In this document: piece after piece, positions 23,712 through 37,487 of the stretch
Layout of the letters: the number at the start of each line of letters is the position of its first letter
Position numbering within the stretch: position 1 is the first letter of the stretch
Source: a virus
Lineage: Duplodnaviria; Heunggongvirae; Uroviricota; Caudoviricetes
Direction: 5' to 3' (one strand)
DNA: 64,000 bases
Virus record (IMG/VR): IMGVR_UViG_3300012007_000008
Coordinates: 64,001-128,000 of that record
Translations under genes and position numbers: made by a program
The notes under the pieces: generated by a model
What the model was told of the DNA's origin: nothing
The model's input: only the letters and a program-made list of their open reading frames with translations
The model's database searches: none

Positions 23712-26700
23712 TTAAGTCGAAAATCCTAGCGGGAACCTCGTCTCAGCGTCAGCGGAAAGCCCGCCATCCCCGCCGATAGATGTAATACACGCGACTGATT
23801 CGTCGGTGTACTGAGTTCTCAGCCAATAGTAAACATTATCACTTGTGTCACGCACTTTCTTAACCCTTGTATTCGCATCGAAATAAACAGAGTTATATGT
23901 CGGGCCTTCAGTTTCATAGATACTTGACAGGAATCCGAATTCTCTTAGTGAAGGAATCCAGATGGTAGGTGTGGACAGTGCGTTATGGTCTTGCGTAATC
24001 TGTGTGCCATCACTAAGTAAGGATCTCGTGTACTTCTTTACCGGCTGTACCGCATTACGGACAGCTTCAGGCAACAGAGCCTTGACATCGTTCTGAAGAT
24101 AAGAATACATTATCATCCCGTCAAACCCGCCGATTGCGCCCTTGCGCGGAATTGCATCTGTCCCGGTGAATTCGGTCGAGATAGTGACGCCGTCTCCTGG
24201 AGCAAATCTGAGAAACAGTGCATCCATACCTCCGTCCTGGTTGATGTCTTTATGGTACGTAGCATCAACCGTTACGACTTGTCCGTTGGTTACTGCGACT
24301 TCGCGTTCCATCCATGTTGTTTCGCCGGAGATCTTGTTCGCGATCTGCGTCCCGTCTACATAAATATTACCGTAATCATGCGTCGTTTCGGAAGAAATCA
24401 TGTAGCGAATAGTCAGGATCCCTGAACCTGAAACAGTAAGCCGCCATTGCCCTATGGCATTGTAGAACGGTTTTCCACAGATGTCAGAAGACCAGAGGTC
24501 AGTCTCAGAATTGTAAACGTATTGTCCGATACCTTCCACGTACTTTTCGTTAAAAGCATGGCCTGTGGGATAAAGGTCTTTCGAGATCCAACTATACTGC
24601 GCGGTATCTGAACCGTTTGCCAATTCATCAGTATTTACGCCGACAATTTGCATCCTGAGGACCGTACCATCAGTAAGCGTCAGGTCTTTATAGTTCCCTA
24701 CTGAATAGGATATGCGCGTCCTGTACTTTATTTCTATGTCTACGTCGCGGTCAGGCGGTGTATTGAACACGATTGTAGCCTGATTTACCGTATAGCCGTC
24801 TACTTCGCCGCCACCAACCTTCACATACATGATTTCTGAAGGGGTGAACTGAAGAGTAAAGTTCGTTGCTAAACCATTACCGGTATATCTTTCAACATAC
24901 CTGTTCGCTGCATTCTGAAGAATGATATCCCAGTCATCTGGGATTTCTTCGTCTTGAATCGGACTTGCGTATGTGGCGTAAACAGTGGCCGTTCCGGTAA
25001 CATTCGTAATACTCTTTGACCAACCAGTGAATGTCCATTCATCGGGATTATCTACGTTCGTCTTTCTCGGCGGATTCTGCGATCCTTCATAAACTGCCTC
25101 TGTTCCGTATTCAACCGTGGTTTCGTACAGCGGCGACCCGTCGTCGTTCACAAAGTAAATTGTGTAAGTGTTGATCGTCTGCTCGAATGTCTGGACAAAG
25201 TTCATGTTTGAGTGGATGTTTTTAAGTGTGTTGTTGTTGTCATTGTCCCAGCCGACATATGTGTACGTGTACTGAGCGTTTCCTGGTTTAACCGGGACAT
25301 CGATATAACCTACCGAATAATTCACCAAGATATAAGATGATTCTTCAGGTGCGGTAGCGAACGTGACTGTATTGCCTGAAATCGTGTAGTCGGTGTCTTC
25401 TGCCATAGAGTTTCCGCCCACCTGAACACTTTTGACTTCAGTAGGCACATTCCTGAGGACGAAAGAAGTAGTTGTCCCGTCGCCGTCGAAGTTCTCTATG
25501 TAAGACTTCTTCGTCGGGTCGGGCGCGGTTCCGCCTTCTTCTATGATAACTTCATAGGTCGGGTTTCCGTGCTCGTCTACCCCGCACTGAAGAGGAGTAG
25601 TTCCGTTCTCAGCATAGTAGCGGCATTTGAATTTGATGGAGCCGCCAATTCTCAGGTAGAGATCAGGATAGGAAGTCACAAAGCTGTCGTACAAGCTGGC
25701 TACGTACGAGATCTGGATTTCGGTTCCAGCCGGTAGCGATTCATCGAATACGAGAGAATAACCTTGCGTATTATAATCACTAACCTAAGTTCCGTCTACA
25801 GTAACAGACGTTATGCTTTCAGGGATGTACTTCATGTTGAACGATAATTCATTACCGACCGCGGTAAATGTATCTGAATATTCGAAAGTGCCCATTGAAT
25901 CAACGGACAGAACACCGGATACTACGGCTTTCGGAATTTCCAGACCAGCATCAGTGGAATCGATACCACGCATAGCCTGGATCTTGTCAAAGATGGCGCG
26001 GGTCTCCGTGTCACCTGAAGAAGTCCAGTCAACACCGATCAGGCGGACGGGCAATCTGTCTTCCATGCTCATCATAATCGCTTTTGAATCGATGGCGGAA
26101 GAGCAGTTTTCTATACGGAGTTTCCTGATATTCGTCGGCATAACCCCAGAAGAAGCGACTTTAATAACAGCGCCGTTGGCCGGGGCGGAATTAAACGTCA
26201 CAGTATTTCCAGAGAATGTGTATTCTGTTGTGACAACGCCATCGACTTTTACGAACGTGATATTTGTCGCATTTTCAGCCAGTTCGAATGCCGTCGTCTC
26301 TCCATCGCCTGTAAACGTGTCTGAGTATGTGAAGATGAAGTCCCTGATGGACGGCTGATTCCTGATCGTAAGAATTGAGATCGTATCCGGCAGATGAAGA
26401 ATTTCAAGAACACCACCGTTCGGAAGTGTCAAGCTGCCGACCGACGTGCCATCAAGATAGACTTCTTTCAGCCCGGTACATTTTTCGAGGCCGTCATATG
26501 ATCCACCGGAGATAGTAGTAAGGTTTGGACAGTTTCTGAGATCGAGCGTTTCAAGCATCTTATTCGAACCTAGACCGATGGTTGTCAGGTAGCCGTTTTC
26601 ATAATTCGGGTCTGAATCGCCAATCTTCAGATGTTGAAGCTTCGTTGCGTTTGCCATCTGGACAGAAGCGATCTTAAGAGGCGACAAGTCGCCAATCTCC

Positions 26701-29700
26701 GCGATCTGGCTCGCTGAGAAGATGGCCACTTCCGTATTGTTCAAAGTGTCAATCGGGCATTCGAGAACTGCGGTCTCAAGTCGCTTAGTCCTCTTTGATA
26801 CAGCCGCCGTGTTACCATATCTCGCCGTAACGTAGAGGTCAATATATGGCTTGATGGAGATATTCGCTTTGTTATAAGCTCTGAATGATACAACGTTTGT
26901 ATATGTGTTGATTGCATCACCAGTCTGATATTTTGAATCCATGTACTGGAATCGGTTGTAGAGCCACCATTCACGCTGACGTTTCTTTGAACCCTGAAGC
27001 ATCGGAAGATAAATTGTGGTAGAGTTCGTGATTTCTCCATCGGGTGTTCTCGTCGGATGACTCAAAGGCCAGATATATTTATAAAGCTGATCTTCATTGA
27101 AGACTGCTTCGGGCCAGTACGCTTGATGATCCTCAAACATCTTCTTTACATTGGCGTAAGTAAGCCGACCAGAACGGAGTGTGCCGTACATGGCAGCAAT
27201 ATCTGAAGCAAAGGCTTCCCGAAGGTTATTCCAGAGCACAGACCTCTGACCATTAAAGACCAGAGCACCAGCCTCGGTAAGATCAGTGTCTTCTAAAGAA
27301 TAGGTAAAGCTCAGCTAACCTTGGTTATCGATGCCTATCGCGGTATCCATGTCATACGGCATCCATGACCATTTTTCGCGGCTTCCGTCACTTTTTACGA
27401 AGAATGACGGGAAAGCGTTCTTAGTACGCGAGTCAACCATTAGGAACAGCTCTGTGAAAATATAATAGAAAATAGTAGATGATTTCACGAAGTAATTCTC
27501 AAATTCATCATGAAACTTAGCGATTCTATATTCACGGCTATCTATTGTATACTCCGTTGTCGTACCGTCAAATACGGGATGTCCCTGAGCATTGAAAGTT
27601 ACCGTGGAATAAGTTTTCGGCTCTTCAAGGGGAGTGTCATAGGTAATGAACTTTGCCACATATGTTACCGAGATCGGAACACCGATTGCCGGGATAGTGC
27701 TGAAAGTAAGTACATTTCCTTCAAGTGTGTAGTTGGTCGTCACGGAATTATTGAGTAGGACATCGCCCATCTCTGTTGGCGTTCTCTTAAGTGCGAACGA
27801 CGCAGAACTTCCGGTTCCTTCAAACGCTTCAGTGAAAGTCGGATATTCTTCGCCGTTAGAATCAACACCTGAAATATCTGTTGACACCACCCATGAAACC
27901 ATTTCAGCTAGATTGGTGCCGTCCTCATTATCTTCAGGGTAACGTCCCTCAAAAGCTTGAAGCCACGCTTTGGCTTTTTCTCCAGTAGTGGCGTCGACCA
28001 CTATGTCAGAGGTGAAATCGTCTGATTTGAAGAGACCCTGAGCAGTATTGTTATTTAACTGTTCCCAAGATTCGTCGCCCTAAGCAAAACCGAAGACTTC
28101 AGGGGTTCCTTTATCATTATTGAAATTCATACGCCCGAGAAATGATGTAGTATTCCCGTCATTCCAAAAAGCGACAATCGGAAATCCGTCAATACCCTAA
28201 CGGACATCGTCGTTTTCAAGTCTATGGGTGTTCCTGTACGGATCAATATCATTATATAGACGAACAAGTTCTACGTTATTAGCACCCTCAGAAGAAGCGA
28301 CGTCTGCCTTAAATGTAAATGTATCTGTTATAATACTATTACCTTCACCCCTCAGATAAAATCCGTCTAAGTGTTTATTTGAATTGGTTAAATCAATTCC
28401 TTTTGCAAATGTAACTTTATAATTCTTCCTTGCATAATATTGCGAAGATGTACCCTGAACATTGATCTTAACACCAGTAGCAGTGAACGATTGCGCCGGA
28501 TTTCCCGGATCGACATACTCAACCGTACAGGTTTTCTTGTCTCCTTTATACTGAGGAAGTTCAGGAGCGGTGAATATGATATATGGAAGCTTTATAGAAT
28601 TTCCAGCCGAGTCAGTAATCTGAAGATCTCTAAACTGTTCCAGAGAGATTTCGCCGTAATCGTTGTAAATCTGGTTCCGGGCATATTCTCTGAGCATTAA
28701 ATTAGAATCCTGGGTATCCGCGATCCAGTTGCCGACGATCTGAGAACTTGTCAGGCTGTTGTTGTAGATACGGATACAATAGATGTCAACCGCGCAGTCA
28801 TCGCTTCCTATAGTAATGCCCACCGGAGTCGTCTGAGTGAAGGTGTCTGATGAATCGTACTGAATGACACCGGACATGATACCATCGATGTACAGGAAGA
28901 TCAGCCTATTCTCACCCGTAACCTTCTGAATAACGAACGAGATGCGAACATGTTCATCTTCCTTAAACTGACATGAAACTTCAGATCCGGCCGACTTCAG
29001 CATAGCTTTCTGCCCGGTAATCTGAAGACCGATGTTGTTGCTGAAGCAAGAGATGATGTTCGAGTTATAATCTTTGACATCGTGTGTCGCAAACTCAAAC
29101 TCGATAGTTTCGCCTGTACCTCTGAAATCCGTTTCAAAAATTTTGAGGGGGATAGTTACTCTGTCATCGCCCATCACCCGCAATACCGTATTCAGTTTTT
29201 CGTCCGAAATCCAGCCGTCAGAAGACCAGTTGAAATTCTGGAATGTCGCGCTGATATTGCCGTATTTCCAGATCGCCGGATTTTGTTCATTGTTTGACCT
29301 GTTCGCAGCGGACAGATAAAGCTGAAGGTTGTCAGTAACCGCGCCGATTTCTGCCTCTGAAGCCGTAACGGTGAACGTAAGCGTCTTCCTGGTCGCGCCG
29401 CAGACGATAGTGAGAGAGAGGGTGCCGACTGTCTCAGCCCTGTAACTCCAGGTGTATTCTCTGGATTCCACACCTTCTTCTGTATTCAGGAGCTTGTTAT
29501 TCACCAACTTCTGGATCGTCGTAGTCGTAGCGTTCGGATCGTACACCATGTAGGTGATGACGATGTTTGAATACTGCGGAACCGTCAGACTCTCGTACTG
29601 CATCGTGATAATCGGCGCGTTCGTACTCGTATCCGCACACGCTATTTCAAATACCAGACGGTTCGAAGTCGTTTCGTCGCCGGACACTATAGCTGTGGCG

Positions 29701-31163
29701 TAAACCTCAAGTCTGTGGGAACCGGATTTCTGAGCCGGAATAGTCTGTGTGACGCTCGTACCAGATGCCGATGTGGTCATCTGAAGATTCGTCTGCTCCA
29801 TTCCGTCAATCAGGAAATGGATAGTCTTTTCCAATTTGCCATTCGGAATAAACGTGAATTGGATCGGGCCTGTGAAAACCTGGTTCGTGTTGAAGCTCGG
29901 AGCGGAGAGCGAGATGTCAATCACCTTGATAGCATATGTGATTGTCCTCGCAGTTCCGTACATATCAGAGACTTTTACCCTGACGGTATTCGTTCCGACT
30001 ACGAGATAGCTGGCCACGGATACAGAGACATTGCCCTGTTCAATACCACGGTTCATCACTTCAGAACCGTTGACTGAAACAGAGAGAGTACCTACACCCG
30101 TAGAAGTCCCGTCGAGAGTAGAACTCCAGTTAAAGGTTAGAACACAAGTCGCAGACGTAGAGATAGAAGTGGAGAGCCATCCTGTCGTATTGGTCACAAT
30201 TACAGTGGAGACTGTTCCGCCGCCACCGCCGCCTCCACCTCCTCCTCCGCCGTATCCGACATAGAATGGTGTGAAGCCATCAATCTCTTCGTTATCTTTT
30301 GTTAAGTGGAGATATCCGGTCTCTTCATCTACATATCCGCCATCAAACGAAGCGCCGATGTAGAACGGTACGAAATCTTCTCTATCAAGAGCTGCACCAT
30401 CCTTAGTGAGATACATATATCCGGCGTTGTCTACGTAGCCGCCGTTGAAATCCATCGAGGAAATCGATTCTATAAATCTCTGATACTGTTCTTCAGAAAG
30501 CCCGGTTTCTACGGACAGGGCCGCTGCCATAGCTTGCTGAGACCAGTACTGAGCGTTATCCGTTGTTTCATCACGGTCGCCGACGGAGCGTTTTCCTACC
30601 TGAGTCCAGACGACACCGTCTGAATCAGTGTAAGTCCCGTTCTCGTTCGCTGTCATAGACGCGAGCCATTTTGTCAGCCTCGCAGACGAAACATCTCTGG
30701 TTATTTTATTCCCGTCAGGGCGGTTTCCTGAGAATGTGTAAACGGTCAGGCCACCGGTGCCGTTCGCGTAAGATTTGACCAGTGCGAGAATTCCGTTCGC
30801 CGTAGAATCAGCGTCGCCAGTATACGAAGCGGGTTCTGCGCGGTCTATCACCGGGATTCGTCCCTCGTAGGTAGTGATAGTAGAGTTATCCTGGGTCACG
30901 TAGATATATACGTTAATCGGATAAGCCTGCCTCAGATACTCATTCGGGATATCACAGGAGATGGTCCCACTTCTGATCGTACAGTTGAACGCCCCGGCTT
31001 CTTCTTGTCCCTGAGCAGAGAAGTGAACCTCCGCACCAGTAATGTCGTCCGAGATTCCGGTACAGTAGATTGACCTTCCGGCGTCGTATCTGTAAACTGG
31101 CTCAGACTATACGTAATGTCCGGGGACATAGTTCGCAAAATTAAAAGTTACTGTCTTACTCAC
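23712..31163 (-). CDS. Large tail protein (~2483 aa): BppU-like N-terminus, Gly linker, LamG-like, CotH-kinase-like, LRR, InlB-B-like repeats, DUF6273-like C-terminus
   Basis: GTG at 31163 after GGAGG; four track ORFs in one frame joined by TAGs; motifs DSRTKN, MPYDMDTAIG, LETLDLRNCPNL, YTYVGWD, YYWLRT. Confidence 0.85.
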
Positions 31164-31179
31164 TTATTCTCACCTCCTG

Positions 31180-34100
31180 TTATTTCGTTAATTTCCTAAG
31201 TCTTTCGACTTCTTTCTTTAATTCGTCAACCTCGGCGGATAACTCCTGAATCGCTTTGGTGACGTACGGCATGATCTTGAAAGTGCTCACCTGATAGGTT
31301 TCACTTCCGTCGGGCTGCTTTACGGGGTAACCGCCTCCGGGAATAACCTATGCTATCTCCTGAGCGATATAACCAAGGTCTTGCTTAATACCACTATCTT
31401 TCCACACGAATTCTCTGTGCTGGATAGTATTAATGAGTGGAAGCGCTTTAACGTTTGTGTCAATAATATTTCTCTTGAGATTTCTATCTGAAGTCTATAA
31501 AGGAACCGTATAACTAGAATCATTTACAACCATTCCCATATACCATCCAGATGTAGAACTACTGTTTAAGTCAAAAAGAAGACTATTCGCAGTGCTGGTA
31601 ACTAGACATTGATATCTTGATCCCCCATGAGGATTACCTGGGCTAGGTCCATGATGTATTCCATCTGGGATTTTTGGGGCGGATGCAAACAATACGGGAC
31701 AATCGAAACTAATATAAGCACCTGTAGAAGAAGCGGGCCCTATGGTAAGTTTTGGCATAGTATACTAGATATAGTATTTACTATCCCAGGTTTCACCGTA
31801 TACAGGTTCATACGTCATTGAAACAACTGTGAGAGTGGTGTTCGTGCCGTTGATATTGGCGTTTAATTTATACTGATTATTTGCTAACAGATCCGTGGCA
31901 TGAATTGTTCCAGTAATGTTAGAAGCGCTTGCAGTCATAGTCCCGTCAGTCCCTACAACAAATTTACCGTTTCCGAGATTGATTCCGTTTGCAGTAATCG
32001 TGCCTGAAATATTTGCGGAAGGAATACTTAGTTTTCCGTTGTTGATCTAACAACCTCCGATAGTCCCGGCGGTCGCGGTAATCGTTCCTGAAACATTCGC
32101 GTCGGTAAGCGTGGCATTGATGGCGGTCAGATAATTACAGTACACAGATCCATCCTGAGCAACACCAAAACGTGAGCCTATAGCTAACTTCAGGTATTTT
32201 CTGTTCGTACCTCCAACCACTCGCTCGAACGTACCACGACTCTTCAGAGTGACATCGCTGTTTCCTGTTCCTGTTTCCTTCGTTCCGAAGTAGATACTGT
32301 TCTCATCGATTGTCCAGCCCGCGAGCTATCCGCCCTTACAGGTGAATGTTCCGTCAGCATCAACCTGGAATTTCTTTCCGACCTTCAGTGTCCCGCCAGT
32401 GATATTGGCAGTATTCGTCGTAAACTTTCCGGCGTTGATCACTGTCTCGGAAGTACCATCGGCATTCCTGGACGTAATGACACCTTCAGCACTAACGAAG
32501 AATGTCGGATTTGATTCCGCGTTCTGAATCACGGAGGAAATGATCTTCGCGCTGGATACGGTTCCACGGAAGTAGCCGTTGCCGTCCGCATCTACAGCGA
32601 AGTTTTTGGCGGAAATCGCGCCAGTCGTCAGGTCGATCAGAGTTCCTGAGTTAGAGTAAACGTCGAGGGCAGTAGCCTGAACATAGTTGGTAGACATCAC
32701 TTTATCTACCGCAATGTATTTCGCGTTTATGAAGCCAGCTTTAATCTTGCCGCCTTGCATGATCACGTCGTCAGTGTCAAGCGCAGAAGCTCGCGCCGTA
32801 TCTAAGACGAAGCGTGACATACCCGGCACAGTTTTCAGAGCGTACATAAATTCTTCTTCCGTAACAGAACTCATGCCGACCCCGCTGATCGGGTTTGTCA
32901 CGGTATTTTTTACGGCTTTCTTGAAAATACCAGTACCCGACAATGCTTGCATTAGGTTCGTCAGGTAATCGATAGCTTCGCCGGATCCGCCGATCTGACC
33001 GTTTGCACCGATCTGGATAGAGTTCCGCTGACCACGGTTGTTTTCCGTATTCAGGATATCCGTGAAGTCTGTGCGGCCAGACCTCGTCGTAATCATATTT
33101 GAGAATTCAAGGGTAAGCTCCTCGGTGATGTCACACGGGTTCCAGCTGATGCCGACCACGCGGAGTTTCACGATATAGTCATCCCTGACGGCCAGATGGA
33201 TATAGTTCAAAAGTTTCAGATCCTTCCGAAGGTTCTTAAATGCCTCGATCCGGTACAAATTATCCAGCTCAGTAGTGAAGGATATCTGAGGCTGGGAGAG
33301 TTCAGATACCTTGTCTATACAGTCTTCCAGAAGATCCTGTTCGAGTTCTACCCTGGTCACAGCGGTGTCCGTTTCCTGCATCGCGATGTTGGAATTCGTG
33401 TAATCCGTATCCATCATAAGAGGATAGATCTGCGCGAGTTCTTCCTCTGTGAACTGACTCGGAAGATCGTAGTATTTTTTGTACGGTGCCATCTGAGCCA
33501 GAATGACAGATAGCTGCCCATTCAGGGAAGCAGAGACCGCTTCATCGGATACTTTCTCACCTTTGCGATTCGTACCATCCCTTTCAAGGTAGAGTTTATC
33601 AAGATGCGTGTATGCTGACCCGTTGGGGCCTACGGCATTGTTAAGCTTAATAAACTCCTGCCTCTGTGTCTCGTAGTATTCCTTGTTCCAGGCATTCGCG
33701 CCCATAATCGCATTCGCCTGTTCAGTGTCTCTGTCAGGCCATGCTTCACCGTACTCGTCTTTCAGAATCCGGTACTGGTTTTCAAGATTCTTGATCTGGT
33801 TTTCCAGTTCAACGATTCCGTACAAATCCCAGTCATAGTCGACCTGTTCTATCGGATCCTTATACCTCGGATCTGAGGGAAGGATTGTCAGGTTGTTCAG
33901 GGCGATCTTGATATTCGGGATGATATATGTCGTAATCTCGTAATATGTGCCGTAGCCACCGTATCCGTTCTGGGCTTCTGAGAGCTTGCCACCATACCAT
34001 GTGTCAGTCTTTCCCTGATTGTAGATCACGTATTTTCCGTTTGCGTCGTACTGTGGTGTGTCGTCCACGGATTCTTGAAGCATGGCAAGTTCTGCCTCGT

Positions 34101-35328
34101 AGTAAGCCAGAGACTTATTCAGGGCTTCTTCATTCATGCCGCTCCATTGTTTCCAGTAGTCGTCATCCGACGGCACTTTGTACGTGATGTCATTGATTTT
34201 ATCGTTGATGTATATAGCCTACGCCGCAAGCTCTTTATATGCCGGGCGGTTGTCGTCGATCATTTTCTGCCAAGCGATGACTTTCTGCGCAGTCTCCTAC
34301 GTCATGTATGGTTCGTGCGCAAAATACGATAGGTCAATCAGGCGCTTCGATCCATAGTTGATATCAAGGAAGTTAAGCCCTTCGCCGCCTTCGCAGTTTA
34401 CCCTCGTAATAACCGAATCTTCGTCAACCTGAAGAGTGACGTCGTTGGCAAGGTTCCTAAACCCGACATAGATTCCCGTGTCGTACTTGTCATTGCTGTT
34501 TTCCATGTACTCCTTGCTGACCACATGGATGATCCTGTGTTCAGTGTCAAAGAAGAAGAGTGCGCCAATCTTCGGGCCAAGGACAGTAGTGAGAAAAGCA
34601 TAGATAGAGATGTTGTCCTCGTCGTAGATACCAACCGACTTCAGTTCGTATTCCGGTTCAGTCCATGTCCCTTCTTCCTGTACAAAATCGCCGTCGTCGT
34701 TATAAACCCAGCGTTTTCCTGAATAAGTGACAGTTTGCGGAATATCTTGTCCGGTCGTTGATTTCTTCGTCGCCTGTAGAAAATTCCCGTTGGCATCCCT
34801 CCGGCGGTAAATATAAGGGTCTACGTATCCTATCGACCATAGTGGGATCTTACTGATCAATATATGCAGAAGAGAAAAACGCTCATCATACGGGTTGTGG
34901 AACGAAATCAGCTTTTCAGGCATGGCATACCCTGTCACGTTGCCGTCGATCAGCATTTCTTGAGAGTCTTCCTCTGCCGTGTTTATCTTCAAGCCTACCC
35001 AGTCCACATTGAACACTTCTTTCTATATAGAATAGGCCGTAATATTCTTCGTTTCTTTATCCCCGTCATTCTCAAGCATCGGATATTCAGACCTGAAGAA
35101 GCCGTAATCCTATACATGATAGTACATGGCTACATTCAGGTATTCGTAGCCGTTCGATTCGACCAGCTTCCCGTCTATGTTCACATAGCGGTCAACCGTA
35201 AAAGTCAGTTCATCGAAGTCCTTTACGTGGGTACTGATCAGCACGGTTTCCGGATCTACGCCGTTTAGCTCACAGATAGGCTCGAGATTTGGGCGGCACA
35301 AATAAATTTTTCTTACGTCTTTACTCAA
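31180..35328 (-). CDS. Tail spike/Tal-like protein with C-terminal peptidase S74 chaperone (~1380 aa)
   Basis: Follows the distal tail gene; fragments joined by TAGs; C-terminal SDRNLKRNI...LGYIAQEIA*VIP...TKAIQEL coiled coil. Confidence 0.85.
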
Positions 35329-36139
35329 ACCATCCACCTACTTTCTTAAACGGTATCTCGTAAGTAATCGTAGCTGTACCTGATCCTGACAGTTCAAGTT
35401 CATTCACTCCTTGGTAGAGCCTGAGCCAGGAAATATCCTAGACTGTCTTCCAGCCGATTTCAGAGAAAGAGAGCGTTTTCCCTGTACTGAGGTCTGTAAT
35501 GATACAGTTCTTACAGTCTATGGAAAGCTCGGAGATAGAAGAGATACCTGTGAGTTTCATGATGTGATCTCCGGTCGTCGTGTTCAGGACGGAGAAGTCG
35601 CCGTTATTATCCTTGAGTGTGATAACCGGATAGATGTAGCTGTCATCAACTCGGGATACAGATATCTTCCGATCAGTATTACCTTTCAGGTTAATCTTCT
35701 CCGTCACTTTCATGAACGGATAAACGGTCGTAGGCTGGAAAGTCAGCTTTACCGCCTGGAATCCGCCGCCTCCCGGAATCCATTCTGTCCTTGTGAAAAT
35801 TCCGTAATAGTAAGGAGTGGGGCCAGTGATGGTCTTTTTCCCGCTCGGTATAAAATATAACGGAGTAGAAAGTTTCGGCTCAGTCAGCCATGTCTCAATC
35901 TTAATCTGTTCCTCCTTGGTGATCAGCCCAGCGCTGCACTTGAGGAGACTAAGCGTAATCTCTGCCGGGGCTTCCAGTGCGCCATATTCATTCGGGATCG
36001 GCCTAGAGAGGGTAGGAGTGCCCCTCTGTAATTCCCGTTCAAGTCCGTAGCCGTCAGTCGAGCCGTCAAAGAAGCCGACCGCGAGGTCGTCCGGCAAAAA
36101 CTCTTCTGTACTCTTGCCGTTGTAAATAAATCCTGCCAA
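35321..36139 (-). CDS. Distal tail protein (Dit-like)
   Basis: Position after the tape measure; FIYNGKS start and LRLYQGVNEL end; one TAG at 35438. Confidence 0.75.
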
Positions 36140-36169
36140 ATTGCCTCACCCCTTTCTTTTATAAAATTA

Positions 36170-36195
36170 GACGGCGGGATTTGACTCCCGCCGCC
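36170..36195 (-). terminator. Rho-independent terminator-like hairpin
   Basis: GGCGGGA-gtcaaa-TCCCGCC stem followed by an AT/U-rich tract on the minus strand. Confidence 0.6.
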
Positions 36196-36204
36196 CTTGA
36201 AGAG

Positions 36205-37416
36205 TTACATTAACTATAACTATTGAACCAATATAGTTTCCAACTATTTTTGTTTCGTATATGGAATACGAATGATATATATTCCGTTTCTTTCACAATA
36301 CAAATTCTTAATGTTGTCATGCTTTTTACATATTAAGAAATCCTACAAAGAAAAGACTGGCTCAAAATGATGTTTGCCATCGAACTATATTACCATATTA
36401 TAATCGGGTAAATAAAAATCAAAAGGTAAGGGGAGTTTATCGACACAGTCAGAGAATTTCTTCTGTCTCTAGTGGCGAATGGAATACTTATTTAATATAC
36501 GATTGATTGTTTCCTCTCCTTTGCTCGACGGATAACAGTTTGGGCAATTTGTATATCCATATTTAATTGCGGTAATAGTTCTGAAAATAACCTACCCGCA
36601 CCCACTGCATTTTATTTTTAAGTTTTTTGTCTGGCAATCTTGATAATCATAAGGATTTAATATTTCGACATCAAGGTTATTGCAAATATCTATGATGTCG
36701 TCAACAGTAAATTTCCCTGGAACAGAACGGATTTTATACGCGCATTTTTGGCAAACCCCTAATGATTTTTTGAATAATTCATAACTAGTGGTAAATAATT
36801 CGCCACATTCCGGACATTTCACCTGTAGGTTCTTTTTTCTTGCATTTATATATTCCCTAGGATTAATCCATTCTATTCCTGAATCATCAAAATACTATTT
36901 AATTTCAAAGAGAGGAGTACGTGTCTTTTCTCGTATAGTTTCATATCCGCACTATCTACACCTTGTCCCTTGTCGAATCTATGAGTAGATAATAGTTTGA
37001 GTCCCGTGTTTCGGGCATTTAAATTCTAATTGGGTGTTCCATCCCTCATAATCGTCAATTTGTGAAAGCGGAACATAATGATTTGTATCGCAATAATCGT
37101 AGTAAATTTTCATTTGCTATTTTGCAAAGCCGTCATTTCTTTGCTTATTCCAGTAATTCTTTCTTCCACATTTTTTACAATAATAATGCCCATCGTTGCT
37201 ATCTAATCTGGCATGATATGCTTGTGCTGTCATAGTAGTTAACGTACCGCAATTATCACATTCTACATGTATTTTCACCCCCGAAGTAGATGGTAAGTCC
37301 CAAGGCTTGACTGGAAATGGTTCTCTATATTTTGTAAATACATAACCAAGTTTTTCATAGTGCTACCTTGTCATATGACTCCATTTAGTTGTTACCCATT
37401 CATCGATATAACTCAA
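36205..37416 (-). CDS. Free-standing zinc-ribbon plus DUF559/Vsr-like endonuclease (~403 aa), probable homing endonuclease
   Basis: TTG after GGAGG; multiple CxxC; C-terminal PFDFYLPDYNMVI*FDGKHH...HDNIKNLYC...IRIPY; about 11 TAGs; TAA at 36205. Confidence 0.8.
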
Positions 37417-37487
37417 ACCATTTTCCTCCTTTGAACATAGCTAGAAGATGATATTACATCATCCCCTAGCTATACAATAATCAATTG

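Noticed and set aside
30216-30255. GGN-rich low-complexity run as a phase-variable tract
   Set aside because: It encodes an in-frame poly-Gly linker with mixed codons.
36140-37487. Group I intron hosting the endonuclease
   Set aside because: The flanking genes have complete ends and starts, and the non-coding flanks are too short for a ribozyme core.
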